From assembly GCA_018402155.1 (NCBI GenBank), contig JAGYJG010000001.1, forward strand, positions 108,635-172,634: DNA of 64,000 nucleotides, written 5' to 3'. Source of the stretch: Bacteroidia bacterium (GTDB lineage: Bacteria; Bacteroidota; Bacteroidia; NS11-12g; UBA9320). This document shows positions 9,065 through 17,924 of the stretch, in pieces. The notes under the pieces were generated by a model. It was given only the letters and a program-made list of their open reading frames with translations, did no database searches and was not told the DNA's origin. The translations under genes were made by a program, and so were the position numbers. Numbering within the stretch: position 1 is the stretch's first letter; every line of letters begins with the position of its first letter.

Positions 9065-9832
9065 ATGTACAATAATATAATCTCAGAAAACCGAGGTGTG
9101 GTGCAAATTATTACCATAAATCGAGAACAAAAACTCAATGCGCTAAATGTAGAGTTAATCCAAGAAATAGGGCAAGAAGTAGCTCGATTGAATATCGAAG
9201 AATCTGTGCGAGGGATTATAATCACAGGTAAAGGAGAAAAAGCTTTTGCGGCGGGTGCCGATATTTCAGAGTTTGCAAATTTTGGAGAGGATGAAGCAAA
9301 GAAAATGAGTGCCAAAGGAGGTAAAGTATTTTGCCAAATCGAAGAAAGTACAATACCTATAATTGCGGCGGTAAACGGATATGCCCTTGGCGGTGGTTGC
9401 GAGCTTACTATGGCTTGCCATGTGCGCATTGCAAGCCAAAATGCCATTTTTGGACAGCCTGAAGTGAATCTTGGCTTGCCCCCAGGATACGGTGGTACGC
9501 AGCGTCTTGCTCAGATTGTAGGCAGAGGTAGAGCGCTAGATATGCTCATTACAGCCAAATCTATTGATGCAGATACGGCCTTACATTATGGACTAGTAAC
9601 ACAAGTGGTAGCTTTAGATGAATTGCTTTCTACTTGCATAAATTATGTAGAAAAATTGACAAGTAAATCTCCATTAGCCATAGCTGAAGTTATAAAATGT
9701 ACCAATGCATTGTATGAAAACAAGGACGGCCTTCAGTTTGAAATAGATAGTTTTGCTAAAAGTTTCCAAACTACAGATTTTAAGGAAGGCACTACTGCAT
9801 TTTTAGAAAAACGGAAGCCCAATTACTCATAA
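9065..9832 (+). CDS. Enoyl-CoA hydratase/isomerase (crotonase) family protein
   Basis: Crotonase blocks ITGKGEKAFAAGADISEF and AAVNGYALGGGCELTMACHVRIA. Start moved from GTG 9056 to ATG 9065. Confidence 0.85.
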   Translation: MYNNIISENRGVVQIITINREQKLNALNVELIQEIGQEVARLNIEESVRGIIITGKGEKAFAAGADISEFANFGEDEAKKMSAKGGKVFCQIEESTIPIIAAVNGYALGGGCELTMACHVRIASQNAIFGQPEVNLGLPPGYGGTQRLAQIVGRGRALDMLITAKSIDADTALHYGLVTQVVALDELLSTCINYVEKLTSKSPLAIAEVIKCTNALYENKDGLQFEIDSFAKSFQTTDFKEGTTAFLEKRKPNYS

Positions 9833-10089
9833 AAAGATATTTAACGTTCATTTTTGCTTAATCTTCCTGTAAATATTATTGGCTGAATTAATGCTGGAAA
9901 AAAAGCTCGGGTATTCTTTATGGCTCTTTTGATAAATGGAAGGTGTTATTTACTAAGAGTTAATGTATCTCTTTATTTTTTGGGAATGAGCTTTAATTAT
10001 TGTAAATTTTATTGAGAAACGTGAAAAAGGAACATTAGTTGTAAAATTAGTCTAGTACTTGGTAAGTTTTCTGTTTTTTTGGCATTCTA

Positions 10090-10120
10090 TTTGTAGATTC
10101 CCAATAGAACATTAATTTTG
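10090..10120 (+). promoter_or_regulatory. Bacteroidota-type promoter: -33 TTTG (10090-10093), 19-nt spacer, -7 TAATTTTG (10113-10120)
   Basis: Both elements match the consensus exactly. The -7 box ends 21 nt upstream of the ATG at 10142. Confidence 0.45.
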
Positions 10121-10141
10121 AACAATATTTAAAGAAAAAAA

Positions 10142-10597
10142 ATGAAAAATTTAATCTTACTCTCTGCTTTCGTATTTGGATTCTCCACATTATGCATAGC
10201 TCAGTCAGGAACGACTAAAGCTAATGTAACGCTAACTTCTGAGGCACAGGCTAAAATGACTTTAGAGAAAAAATCGCACGATTTTGGTACTATTGAAGAA
10301 GGTGTACAAGCCACCATATCATTTACCTTCAAAAATACAGGAAACGAAGCATTAGTTCTAAATAGTGTAAAACCATCTTGCGGATGTACTACACCAAAGT
10401 GGACAAAAGAACCAATTGCTCCCGGGGAAGAAGGTGTAATCACTGCTATATATAACTCCAAAGGAAGGCCGGGTAATTTTACCAAAACTATAACAGTAAA
10501 GCATAATGGAGAAGGAGGAACTGAGTTTTTGACTATTCGTGGAGTAGTAAATAAAGCAGCTGTAGAGGTGCAGCCCACAGTAGTAGCTCCTGAGTAA
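10142..10597 (+). CDS. DUF1573 domain-containing secreted protein
   Basis: Signal peptide, then the hallmark HDFGTIEEG...FTFKNTGNEALVLNSVKPSCGCTTP block. Confidence 0.8.
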   Translation: MKNLILLSAFVFGFSTLCIAQSGTTKANVTLTSEAQAKMTLEKKSHDFGTIEEGVQATISFTFKNTGNEALVLNSVKPSCGCTTPKWTKEPIAPGEEGVITAIYNSKGRPGNFTKTITVKHNGEGGTEFLTIRGVVNKAAVEVQPTVVAPE

Positions 10598-10620
10598 ATA
10601 AAATGCATTAGAAATATGAA

Positions 10621-10656
10621 AAAAAAAGCCTTACGCTAACGTGAGGCTTTTTTTTT
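10621..10656. terminator. Rho-independent, potentially bidirectional terminator
   Basis: A-run, then stem GCCTTACG / CGTGAGGC (8 bp including one G-U, loop CTAA), then a T9 run. It starts 24 nt after the DUF1573 stop. Confidence 0.65.
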
Positions 10657-10867
10657 CATAGATTTCAGTCAAAACGAACTTATCTCCGCTTCTTTATAAT
10701 TTTACTGGTATTCAAATTTAGTGGTATTCAAACTGTTTTTACCGGGGCTTACAAAGAGAGTGTTGGCATAATCGGAAGAATGTAAAAAGAAATTAAATGG
10801 GGCTGGATTTTGAGAACTGTTTAGTGTGAGTTGAAAATATAAGAGGGCTTTGTAATCTCAATCTTAA

Positions 10868-11758
10868 CTAAAGGCCTAATGTCTCTCCCTTGCCAAACCA
10901 ACCGGTGAGGCCACCTGTGTGTATTGCCAATATTCTTTCACCATTTTTTATTTCTCCGTTTTCGCACATTTCTTTTAAGGCAAAAAATAATTTTCCAGTA
11001 TAGATAGGGTCGAGCAAAACACCAGTTTCTTGATTAAAATCCTGGATAAATGAAATAAGTTCATCAGTAGTTTTTGCATATCCTCCCATGTGAAATGTGT
11101 CGTAAACCGGCACGTCGTCTATGCCATAGACCGTTTTTAGCTCATTGGCTATATAAGATTCTCCCTTCAACACCTGAACTCCAAAAAGTTTTGTAGATGT
11201 CTGATTTTTTAGGTGCGTTGCCATACCTGCTAGCGTGGTACCTGTGCCGCAAGCTATACAGACTTTATCATAGCTATTCAAATCTACTTCTTTTAGTATT
11301 TGGCTACATCCGGTAGCACCTTGTGCGCACGCTCCACCTTCTGGCACGTGAAGCACGCCATTCACTATTCCAATCGTACGGTTTGTCTCTTTATATTTAG
11401 CCCTAGACACAAACTGAAGTTCCATACCATACAGAATGCACAGTTTTAATACAGGGTTGATTTCTTTAGGTTCGTCTCCCCGCACAATACCCTTACAGGG
11501 TAACCCCAATATGGCACAAGCCGCTGCTGTAGCTACCAAATGATTACTGAAAGCGCCACCATAAGTGACTAGTTGCGTATATTGATTAGAGTTGTAATGG
11601 TTAAATATGCCAGATAGTTTTCTCCATTTGTTGCCAGAAATGATGGGATGTATGAGGTCATCTCGTTTTATACTAAGGCGAATACCCGCCGCTTTGGTCC
11701 ATGCGGTGTGAACAGTATGCTCAGGGCTTGGAATATTTAAATGGTGTTGTATGCTCAA
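10868..11758 (-). CDS. PLP-dependent D-cysteine desulfhydrase / ACC deaminase family protein
   Basis: 296 aa. ISGNKWRKL provides the PLP lysine context. Tryptophan-synthase-beta-like fold blocks YGGAFSNHL and ACGTGTTLAG. Confidence 0.8.
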   Translation of the reverse strand: MSIQHHLNIPSPEHTVHTAWTKAAGIRLSIKRDDLIHPIISGNKWRKLSGIFNHYNSNQYTQLVTYGGAFSNHLVATAAACAILGLPCKGIVRGDEPKEINPVLKLCILYGMELQFVSRAKYKETNRTIGIVNGVLHVPEGGACAQGATGCSQILKEVDLNSYDKVCIACGTGTTLAGMATHLKNQTSTKLFGVQVLKGESYIANELKTVYGIDDVPVYDTFHMGGYAKTTDELISFIQDFNQETGVLLDPIYTGKLFFALKEMCENGEIKNGERILAIHTGGLTGWFGKGETLGL

Positions 11759-12270
11759 GATGCTGAAAATTCTTTTTTAATGATTTCCCAAGCTATATCA
11801 GACTCATAGCCCTTGGCTATTACAAATTGTGCGGCTTTATAGTTTTTTTGATAGTCTTGCATAGAGGGCAGCGAGTCTATTTTTTTGGATAGTAAACCCC
11901 TCAAAACTTCGATATATGTATCGTCATTTATTTCTTTCATTCCTTTTTTTATGCAGTATTCTGATATTTTTCGACGCTTCAGTTCTTGTTTTATTTTGTT
12001 TTTGCCCCATTTTTTATAGGTAAATTTACCACGTACAAAGGCTAATGAAAAGCGTTCTTCGTTTAAAAAGTCATGTTGAATAAGCTCGCAAATGATCTCT
12101 TCGACATCGCTCTGCATTAAGCCAAAGGAGTATAGCTTATCTCTTACCTCTTGATGGCATCGCTCCTGGTAAGCACAAAATTTGGCTATCTTTTCTTTTG
12201 CCTGTTTGGGTGTGTATCTATTTGTGTAATCGCTATGCAAAACTGAGCTGCTAAAATACCTACAATACAT
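11755..12270 (-). CDS. recX: Regulatory protein RecX
   Basis: KFCAYQERCHQEVRDKL, FLNEERFSLAFVRGKFTYKKWGKNKIKQEL and ISEYCIKKG are typical Bacteroidota RecX blocks. The start is ambiguous (ATG at 12270, 12297 or 12417); I chose the shortest because the longer forms overlap murF-alr. The stop overlaps the next gene's start by 4 nt. Confidence 0.7.
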   Translation of the reverse strand: MYCRYFSSSVLHSDYTNRYTPKQAKEKIAKFCAYQERCHQEVRDKLYSFGLMQSDVEEIICELIQHDFLNEERFSLAFVRGKFTYKKWGKNKIKQELKRRKISEYCIKKGMKEINDDTYIEVLRGLLSKKIDSLPSMQDYQKNYKAAQFVIAKGYESDIAWEIIKKEFSAS

Positions 12271-12287
12271 GTACTTTTGTAGGTAGG

Positions 12288-14690
12288 TTGTATACATTAT
12301 CTCAAATAGCCCAAATTGTAGGAGGTAGTCTTCACGGAAACGCCAGTATTCAAGTGACAGAACTATACACAGATACACGCAAAATTCAAGAAAAAGTGTA
12401 CGCTTTATTTTTTGCAATAGCTACACCAAGAAATGATGGGCATAACTATGTGGAAAATGCTATAAGTGCTGGTGTGTCTGCTTTGGTAGTTTCATGCAAG
12501 CCGTTGCAGACGTGCAATTATATTTTGGTGCAAGATACGCTAGCAGCTTTGCAAGTACTTTGCACGCACCATCGAAATAGATTTAACATACCTATGGTAG
12601 CCATTACCGGTAGTAATGGAAAGACCATTGTAAAAGAATGGTTAGCTCGTATTTTGTCTACTCAATATGCAGTGTGCAAAAATCCTAAAAGTTACAACTC
12701 ACAGATAGGTGTTCCACTTTCGGTATGGCAGTTAAATGCTCACCACCAAGTGGGGGTTTTTGAAGCTGGGATATCGGAGCCCGGCGAAATGCCTCGGTTA
12801 AAAAAAATAATACAACCCACGATAGGTGTTTTTACTCATCTAGGAGATGCACACGCTAGCAATTTTGTTAGCAACGAAGAAAAACTGTCAGAAAAATTTG
12901 CTCTTTTTACTCATTGTGATACGGTAGTTTTAGGTTCTAGCCAACCAGAGGTGCTTCAAAAAATGAGCAGTAGTAGGAGTAATTTATTTGTATGGGGTTC
13001 CTCTCCGAGTTGCCAGTTGCGCATAACAAAAAATAATGAAGGAGCATTCGTGATGACCTACCAAGGGATTAGTGAAATTGTTATATTGCCCTTTTCAGAC
13101 AAAGCTTCAGTAGAAAACGCTTTTTCGGCTGCAGCAACCGCTCTAGTTTTTGGTATATCTCTTAGCACTATTGCAAGTGTTTTACCCACACTTTTGCCAG
13201 TAGACATGCGCTTACAACAAGTGAATGGACAGAATAATACACAACTTATACTTGATTATTATACCAATGATTACCAATCGGTGGTTATGGCCTTGGATTT
13301 TTTTAATCAGCAAAAGACAAAAGAGAAATCGGTGGTTCTTTTGTCTGATATTTTAGAAAGTAACTTGATTGATGATGTGCTTTATCAAAACGTAAACAAA
13401 CTGTTATTGGCTAATAAAATCACCTCACTTATTACTATAGGCCCGCGTATAAAAGATAATCGGAAAGTATTTAAAATTCCTACTATCTCATATGAATCTA
13501 CTGAGGAGTTTCTGAAAAAACATCCAATACATGATATTAAAGATACGGCATTGCTATTAAAGGGAGCGCGGGAGTTTGCTTTTGAACGAATAGCAAATAA
13601 ATTGAAAGTAAAGATGCATCAAACCAAGCTAGAGGTAAATCTGACCCGGTTGCAGCACAATATAGATGTGATAAAAACCGCAACAGGAAAGTCTACTAAA
13701 CTAATGGCCATGGTGAAGGCTTTGGGCTATGGGAGTGGGGGATATCAGATAGCCAAAGTTTTGGAGTATAATAACATAGACTATCTTGGAGTGGCCTATA
13801 CAGATGAGGCTATTGAGCTTCGTGAGTGCGGTATTAGTACACCCATAATGGTTTTAAATCCCGATTTGAATGATTTGAGTCCATACTTGGAAATGGGTAT
13901 AGAGCCAGTTATTCATTCGTTTGCTAGTTTGTCCAAAGTGGAGCTATTTTCTATCCGTATCCATTTAGAATTTGATACGGGAATGCACCGATTGGGTTTT
14001 GAAGAAACACAATTGGTAGAAGTGGTTAAACGCATAGAGCAGTCTTCTTCGGTGCGTGTGGCATCTGTCTTCAGTCATCTGGCTACAGCGGATAATTTGG
14101 CTATGGATGATTTTACACAAAAACAACTAGCAAGTTTTGCACGAATTAGTCAAACGGTAGAGCAGAAACTTGGCTACACGGTACTGAAACACATAGCTAA
14201 TACAGCTGGAATAGAGCGATTTACAAATGCACGTTTTGATATGGTGCGTGTTGGAATAGGTTTGTACGGTGTTACTAACTTCGGGTCTACCTCTAAGCTA
14301 CTTCCAGTCAGTACATTCAAATCCTATATATCGCAGATACGCACTGTAAAAGCGGGTGAGGGAATAGGCTACGGACAATACAGTGTAGCAAGAGAAGATA
14401 GGAAAATAGCTGTAGTGGCGGTAGGGTATGCCGATGGCTATACTAGGCTTTTTAGTCAAGGAATAGGCTCTTTTTATATACAAAATAAGGAAGCTAAAGT
14501 GGTAGGCAATGTCTGTATGGATATGACTATGTGCGATGTATCTCACATAAAATGTGACGAAGGGGATGAAGTTGTAATTTTTGGAGATAGACCTAGAGTT
14601 GAGATTGTAGCAAAACAAATAGGGACAATTCCATATGAAGTATTAACCAATGTAAGCGAACGTGTAACCCGTGTTTTTTATCAAGAATGA
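12288..14690 (+). CDS. murF/alr: Bifunctional UDP-MurNAc-tripeptide--D-alanyl-D-alanine ligase (MurF) / alanine racemase (Alr)
   Basis: 800 aa. The N-terminal half is a Mur ligase with the P-loop ITGSNGKTIVKEW. The C-terminal half is an alanine racemase with the PLP-lysine block AMVKALGYGSGG and YGQYSV...GYADGY. Apparent TTG start. Confidence 0.9.
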   Translation: MYTLSQIAQIVGGSLHGNASIQVTELYTDTRKIQEKVYALFFAIATPRNDGHNYVENAISAGVSALVVSCKPLQTCNYILVQDTLAALQVLCTHHRNRFNIPMVAITGSNGKTIVKEWLARILSTQYAVCKNPKSYNSQIGVPLSVWQLNAHHQVGVFEAGISEPGEMPRLKKIIQPTIGVFTHLGDAHASNFVSNEEKLSEKFALFTHCDTVVLGSSQPEVLQKMSSSRSNLFVWGSSPSCQLRITKNNEGAFVMTYQGISEIVILPFSDKASVENAFSAAATALVFGISLSTIASVLPTLLPVDMRLQQVNGQNNTQLILDYYTNDYQSVVMALDFFNQQKTKEKSVVLLSDILESNLIDDVLYQNVNKLLLANKITSLITIGPRIKDNRKVFKIPTISYESTEEFLKKHPIHDIKDTALLLKGAREFAFERIANKLKVKMHQTKLEVNLTRLQHNIDVIKTATGKSTKLMAMVKALGYGSGGYQIAKVLEYNNIDYLGVAYTDEAIELRECGISTPIMVLNPDLNDLSPYLEMGIEPVIHSFASLSKVELFSIRIHLEFDTGMHRLGFEETQLVEVVKRIEQSSSVRVASVFSHLATADNLAMDDFTQKQLASFARISQTVEQKLGYTVLKHIANTAGIERFTNARFDMVRVGIGLYGVTNFGSTSKLLPVSTFKSYISQIRTVKAGEGIGYGQYSVAREDRKIAVVAVGYADGYTRLFSQGIGSFYIQNKEAKVVGNVCMDMTMCDVSHIKCDEGDEVVIFGDRPRVEIVAKQIGTIPYEVLTNVSERVTRVFYQE

Positions 14691-15655
14691 TTAAAGAAGA
14701 ACTTATACAAGGCATAGCAGCAGGAGATAGGCGTATTTTAAGCAAGGCTATTACGTTAGCTGAGAGCACTATAGAACAAAAGCGAAATCTAGCCTTGGAG
14801 ATTATTACTCATTTTGGTCCACAAGATAATACGCTGAGAATTGGAATAACCGGCACACCAGGAGCAGGGAAAAGTACTTTTATAGATGCTATTGGTATAA
14901 ACTTGCTGCAGCAAGATACAAATCGAAAAATCGCGGTACTAAGCGTTGATCCGAGCAGCGGAATAACTCAGGGAAGTATACTTGGTGATAAGACCCGAAT
15001 GAACAAATTGAGTGCGCATAATAGAGCCTATATAAGGCCTACTGCTGCAGGCACACAGCTGGGAGGATTGGCCAAAAATACTAGACTAGCAATGCTATTG
15101 TGTGAGGCGGCAGGCTACAATACTATACTAATAGAAAGTGTAGGGGTAGGTCAGGGAGAAACCGAGGTAGCCCAGCTTACCGATTTTTTTACATTGGTAC
15201 TAAACCCTGGAGGTGGAGATGAACTGCAAGGTATAAAACGGGGTATTATGGAAATGGCGGATATAATTGTAATAAATAAAGCCGATGGTGATGCTGAAAA
15301 ACAAGCTAAGTTGACTGCTAAAGAATATAGCATGGCATTGCATTTATTTCCAAGTGCAGGAGGATTTGAAGGGGATATTCAAAAATGGATACCAAAAGTA
15401 ATAACGACAAGTGCTACAGAAAATAAAGGGATTGACGTATATTGGGAGAAAGTAGGAGAATTTGATAAACTGACTGTCGCAAACCTTAGTAAGGCTAAAA
15501 ATCGGCAAATTCAGAAATACTATTGGGCACGCAAAAGTTTGCAAGACTTGCTTTTTGCAAAACTTGGAAACTATGAAGCCGAAATAGCCAAAGATTTAGC
15601 TGAGGGTAAGTTGCCAGAAGTTGCAGCAAGAGATATACTTCGAAACATAGAATGA
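14687..15655 (+). CDS. meaB: Methylmalonyl-CoA mutase-associated GTPase MeaB (ArgK family)
   Basis: Walker A GITGTPGAGKST, ESVGVGQ, and VINKADG (NKxD). ATGA overlap with the murF-alr stop. Confidence 0.9.
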   Translation: MIKEELIQGIAAGDRRILSKAITLAESTIEQKRNLALEIITHFGPQDNTLRIGITGTPGAGKSTFIDAIGINLLQQDTNRKIAVLSVDPSSGITQGSILGDKTRMNKLSAHNRAYIRPTAAGTQLGGLAKNTRLAMLLCEAAGYNTILIESVGVGQGETEVAQLTDFFTLVLNPGGGDELQGIKRGIMEMADIIVINKADGDAEKQAKLTAKEYSMALHLFPSAGGFEGDIQKWIPKVITTSATENKGIDVYWEKVGEFDKLTVANLSKAKNRQIQKYYWARKSLQDLLFAKLGNYEAEIAKDLAEGKLPEVAARDILRNIE

Positions 15656-15886
15656 AATAAATATAGTATGGACTATTGAGGTGATACTTTCAGCAGTGCG
15701 AAAGCCTCTGCAAGAAATGGCAATCGTTTTTAGTTCTGTATCTTTTTGGGGGCTAATTTTTGTCGAATACATCATTTTTGAGTGGGGGGTTAATTGCTAA
15801 AAATTGAATGTTTAATCTGCCGTAAAAAAAGCGTAGTAGATTTTGTAAAACACCTATTTTTGCCACCATATTTAAAAAGTAATAAA

Positions 15887-17017
15887 ATGATAATTGGCGT
15901 ACCTACAGAAATTAAAAACAACGAAAATAGAATTGCACTAACACCCGGTGGAGCTCTAGAACTGACAAAACGTGGACACACAGTTTACGTTCAAAAAAAT
16001 GGAGGTGTTGGCAGTGGTTTTAGTGATCAAATGTATAGAGAAGGTGGCGCAAAAATATTGGAAACTATCGAAGAGATATATGAGATAGCTGAAATGATAA
16101 TGAAGGTTAAAGAGCCAATAGAAGCAGAATACAAGCTAATCAAAAAAGACCAACTCGTTTTCACTTATTTTCACTTTGCTAGCCACAGGCCGCTCACAGA
16201 TGCTATGATAAAAAGTAACTCTGTATGTTTGGCTTATGAAACAGTAGAATCTGCCGATAGAAGCTTACCATTACTCATACCTATGAGTGAGGTAGCTGGA
16301 AGAATGGCCGTACAGCAAGGGGCAAAATACTTAGAAAAACCCATAAAAGGTAAAGGAGTTTTGCTAGGTGGCGTACCCGGAGTAACACCAGGTAAAGTGC
16401 TCATAATTGGTGGTGGCGTTGTAGGTACCCAAGCAGCTAAGATGGCTGCAGGACTCGGAGCACAAGTTACCATACTTGATGTGAGTTTATCCCGATTGAG
16501 ATACCTAAATGATGTCATGCCAGCAAACGTTGTAACTCGTTTTAGTAATGAGATGAACATTAGAGACTTGATACCACATATGGATTTGGTAGTAGGAGCA
16601 GTGCTTATACCCGGAGCAAAAGCACCAAACCTAATCACACGTGATATGCTGAAACTAATGTCTCCTGGTACCGTTGTAGTAGATGTAGCTGTAGACCAAG
16701 GTGGCTGTATAGAAACTTGTAAGCCCACTACGCACGAAGATCCTACATTTATTATCGATGATATTGTGCACTATTGCGTTGCAAATATGCCTGGTGCAGT
16801 TCCTTACACTTCTACAGTAGCACTCACTAATGCGACTTTGCCCTATGCTATACAGCTAGCAAACAAAGGATGGAGACAGGCGTGTAGCGATAATCTTGAG
16901 CTAAAACTCGGTCTAAATGTGGTGAATGGAAAAGTATGTTACCGCGGAGTTGCAGACGCTTTTGACCTTGATTACACTCCTGTAGAGGATGTTCTTGGCT
17001 ACACTGCACAAGGCTAG
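15887..17017 (+). CDS. ald: Alanine dehydrogenase
   Basis: The canonical N-terminus MIIGVPTEIKNNENRIALTP starts at ATG 15887; the ORF-track TTG at 15794 adds a non-conserved extension. NAD-binding block IIGGGVVGTQAA. Confidence 0.92.
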   Translation: MIIGVPTEIKNNENRIALTPGGALELTKRGHTVYVQKNGGVGSGFSDQMYREGGAKILETIEEIYEIAEMIMKVKEPIEAEYKLIKKDQLVFTYFHFASHRPLTDAMIKSNSVCLAYETVESADRSLPLLIPMSEVAGRMAVQQGAKYLEKPIKGKGVLLGGVPGVTPGKVLIIGGGVVGTQAAKMAAGLGAQVTILDVSLSRLRYLNDVMPANVVTRFSNEMNIRDLIPHMDLVVGAVLIPGAKAPNLITRDMLKLMSPGTVVVDVAVDQGGCIETCKPTTHEDPTFIIDDIVHYCVANMPGAVPYTSTVALTNATLPYAIQLANKGWRQACSDNLELKLGLNVVNGKVCYRGVADAFDLDYTPVEDVLGYTAQG

Positions 17018-17028
17018 TTATTTTAAAA

Positions 17029-17068
17029 TTTACTTAATGTTTTAATACCCATTAAAACATTAAGTAAA
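17029..17068 (+). terminator. 18-bp perfect inverted repeat (hairpin) downstream of ald; likely an intrinsic terminator without a U-tract
   Basis: TTTACTTAATGTTTTAAT - ACCC - ATTAAAACATTAAGTAAA. The arms are exact reverse complements. It begins 11 nt after the ald stop. Confidence 0.5.
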
Positions 17069-17112
17069 CTAGTGCTCGTAGTATATTTTGACACCTTTAC
17101 TTTTTATTTCCT

Positions 17113-17904
17113 ATGCTTTTAAACCATAAAATATATCCCCGCAATCATTCCGCAGAATACCTCTTTATATTGCATGGGCTTTTTGGCATGTTAGACAATT
17201 GGCACAATATGGCGCGAAAACTATCTGCACATTATAATGTAGTGACTGTAGATCTACGAAACCATGGACATAGTGAACATACAAGTGAAATGTCTTTTGA
17301 GCTCATGGCACAAGATTTGGTAGAGCTCATGGATTTTTTGAAAGTAGAATATGCTCATGTATTGGGTCACTCTATGGGCGGAAAAGTCGCTATGAAATTT
17401 GCAGACCTCTTCTCTAATCGGCTCAATAAGCTAATTGTAGCAGACATAGCTCCTAAAAAATATCCGGCAGGTCATACGGTTTATTTTGACGCTTTTCATT
17501 CTATTGATTTTGCAAAGTGTGAAACCAGAAAAGATGCAGATGCTGAACTAGCTGTCATAGAAACTAATGTTGGTGTGCGCCAATTTTTACTCAAAAATCT
17601 AGAAAAAACTGAAAATGGATATGCTTTGAAATTTAATCTGGAAGCTATAAAGTCATTTTATCCTGCGATGATAGATGCTATGGAGTTTCGAGCACTAGTA
17701 ACTACTGAATCACTATTCATGTATGGTGAAAGATCAGATTATATTACTAAAAATGACCAAATTAATATAGCAAAAATATTTGCTAATGTACAATTCGTGG
17801 GAATACCAGACGCTGGTCACTGGTTGCACGCAGAACAGCCCGGTGCATTTTATGACGCTATTGTTGTGTTTCTGGCACCGAAAGGAGATTTACTTTTTAG
17901 TTAA
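17113..17904 (+). CDS. Alpha/beta-fold hydrolase (YbfF-like esterase)
   Basis: HGLFG oxyanion region, nucleophile elbow GHSMGG, and C-terminal DAGHWLH (catalytic His). Confidence 0.8.
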   Translation: MLLNHKIYPRNHSAEYLFILHGLFGMLDNWHNMARKLSAHYNVVTVDLRNHGHSEHTSEMSFELMAQDLVELMDFLKVEYAHVLGHSMGGKVAMKFADLFSNRLNKLIVADIAPKKYPAGHTVYFDAFHSIDFAKCETRKDADAELAVIETNVGVRQFLLKNLEKTENGYALKFNLEAIKSFYPAMIDAMEFRALVTTESLFMYGERSDYITKNDQINIAKIFANVQFVGIPDAGHWLHAEQPGAFYDAIVVFLAPKGDLLFS

Positions 17905-17924
17905 TATTGTAGGATATTTTTCTC

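Noticed and set aside
8944-9447. 167-aa minus-strand ORF overlapping the tRNA-Arg gene and the crotonase gene
   Set aside because: It is antisense to a well-supported crotonase CDS and runs through the tRNA. Its composition is low-complexity and it has no recognisable motifs. This is a shadow ORF.
15794-15886. N-terminal extensions in the ORF track (ald from TTG 15794; pyk from 41396; acpP from 41051; M1 peptidase from TTG 24594; ccmC from TTG 60425)
   Set aside because: In each case the conserved family N-terminus begins at a downstream ATG, and the extension is non-conserved or overlaps a neighbouring gene or promoter box.
16234-16728. 164-aa ORF antisense to alanine dehydrogenase
   Set aside because: It lies entirely inside the ald CDS on the opposite strand. 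The Pro/Thr/Ser-rich translation is typical of a shadow frame. The same reasoning applies to 23240-23710 (antisense to maeB), 10201-10608 (antisense to DUF1573), 41392-41763 (antisense to pyk) and 27988-28368 (antisense to menC).
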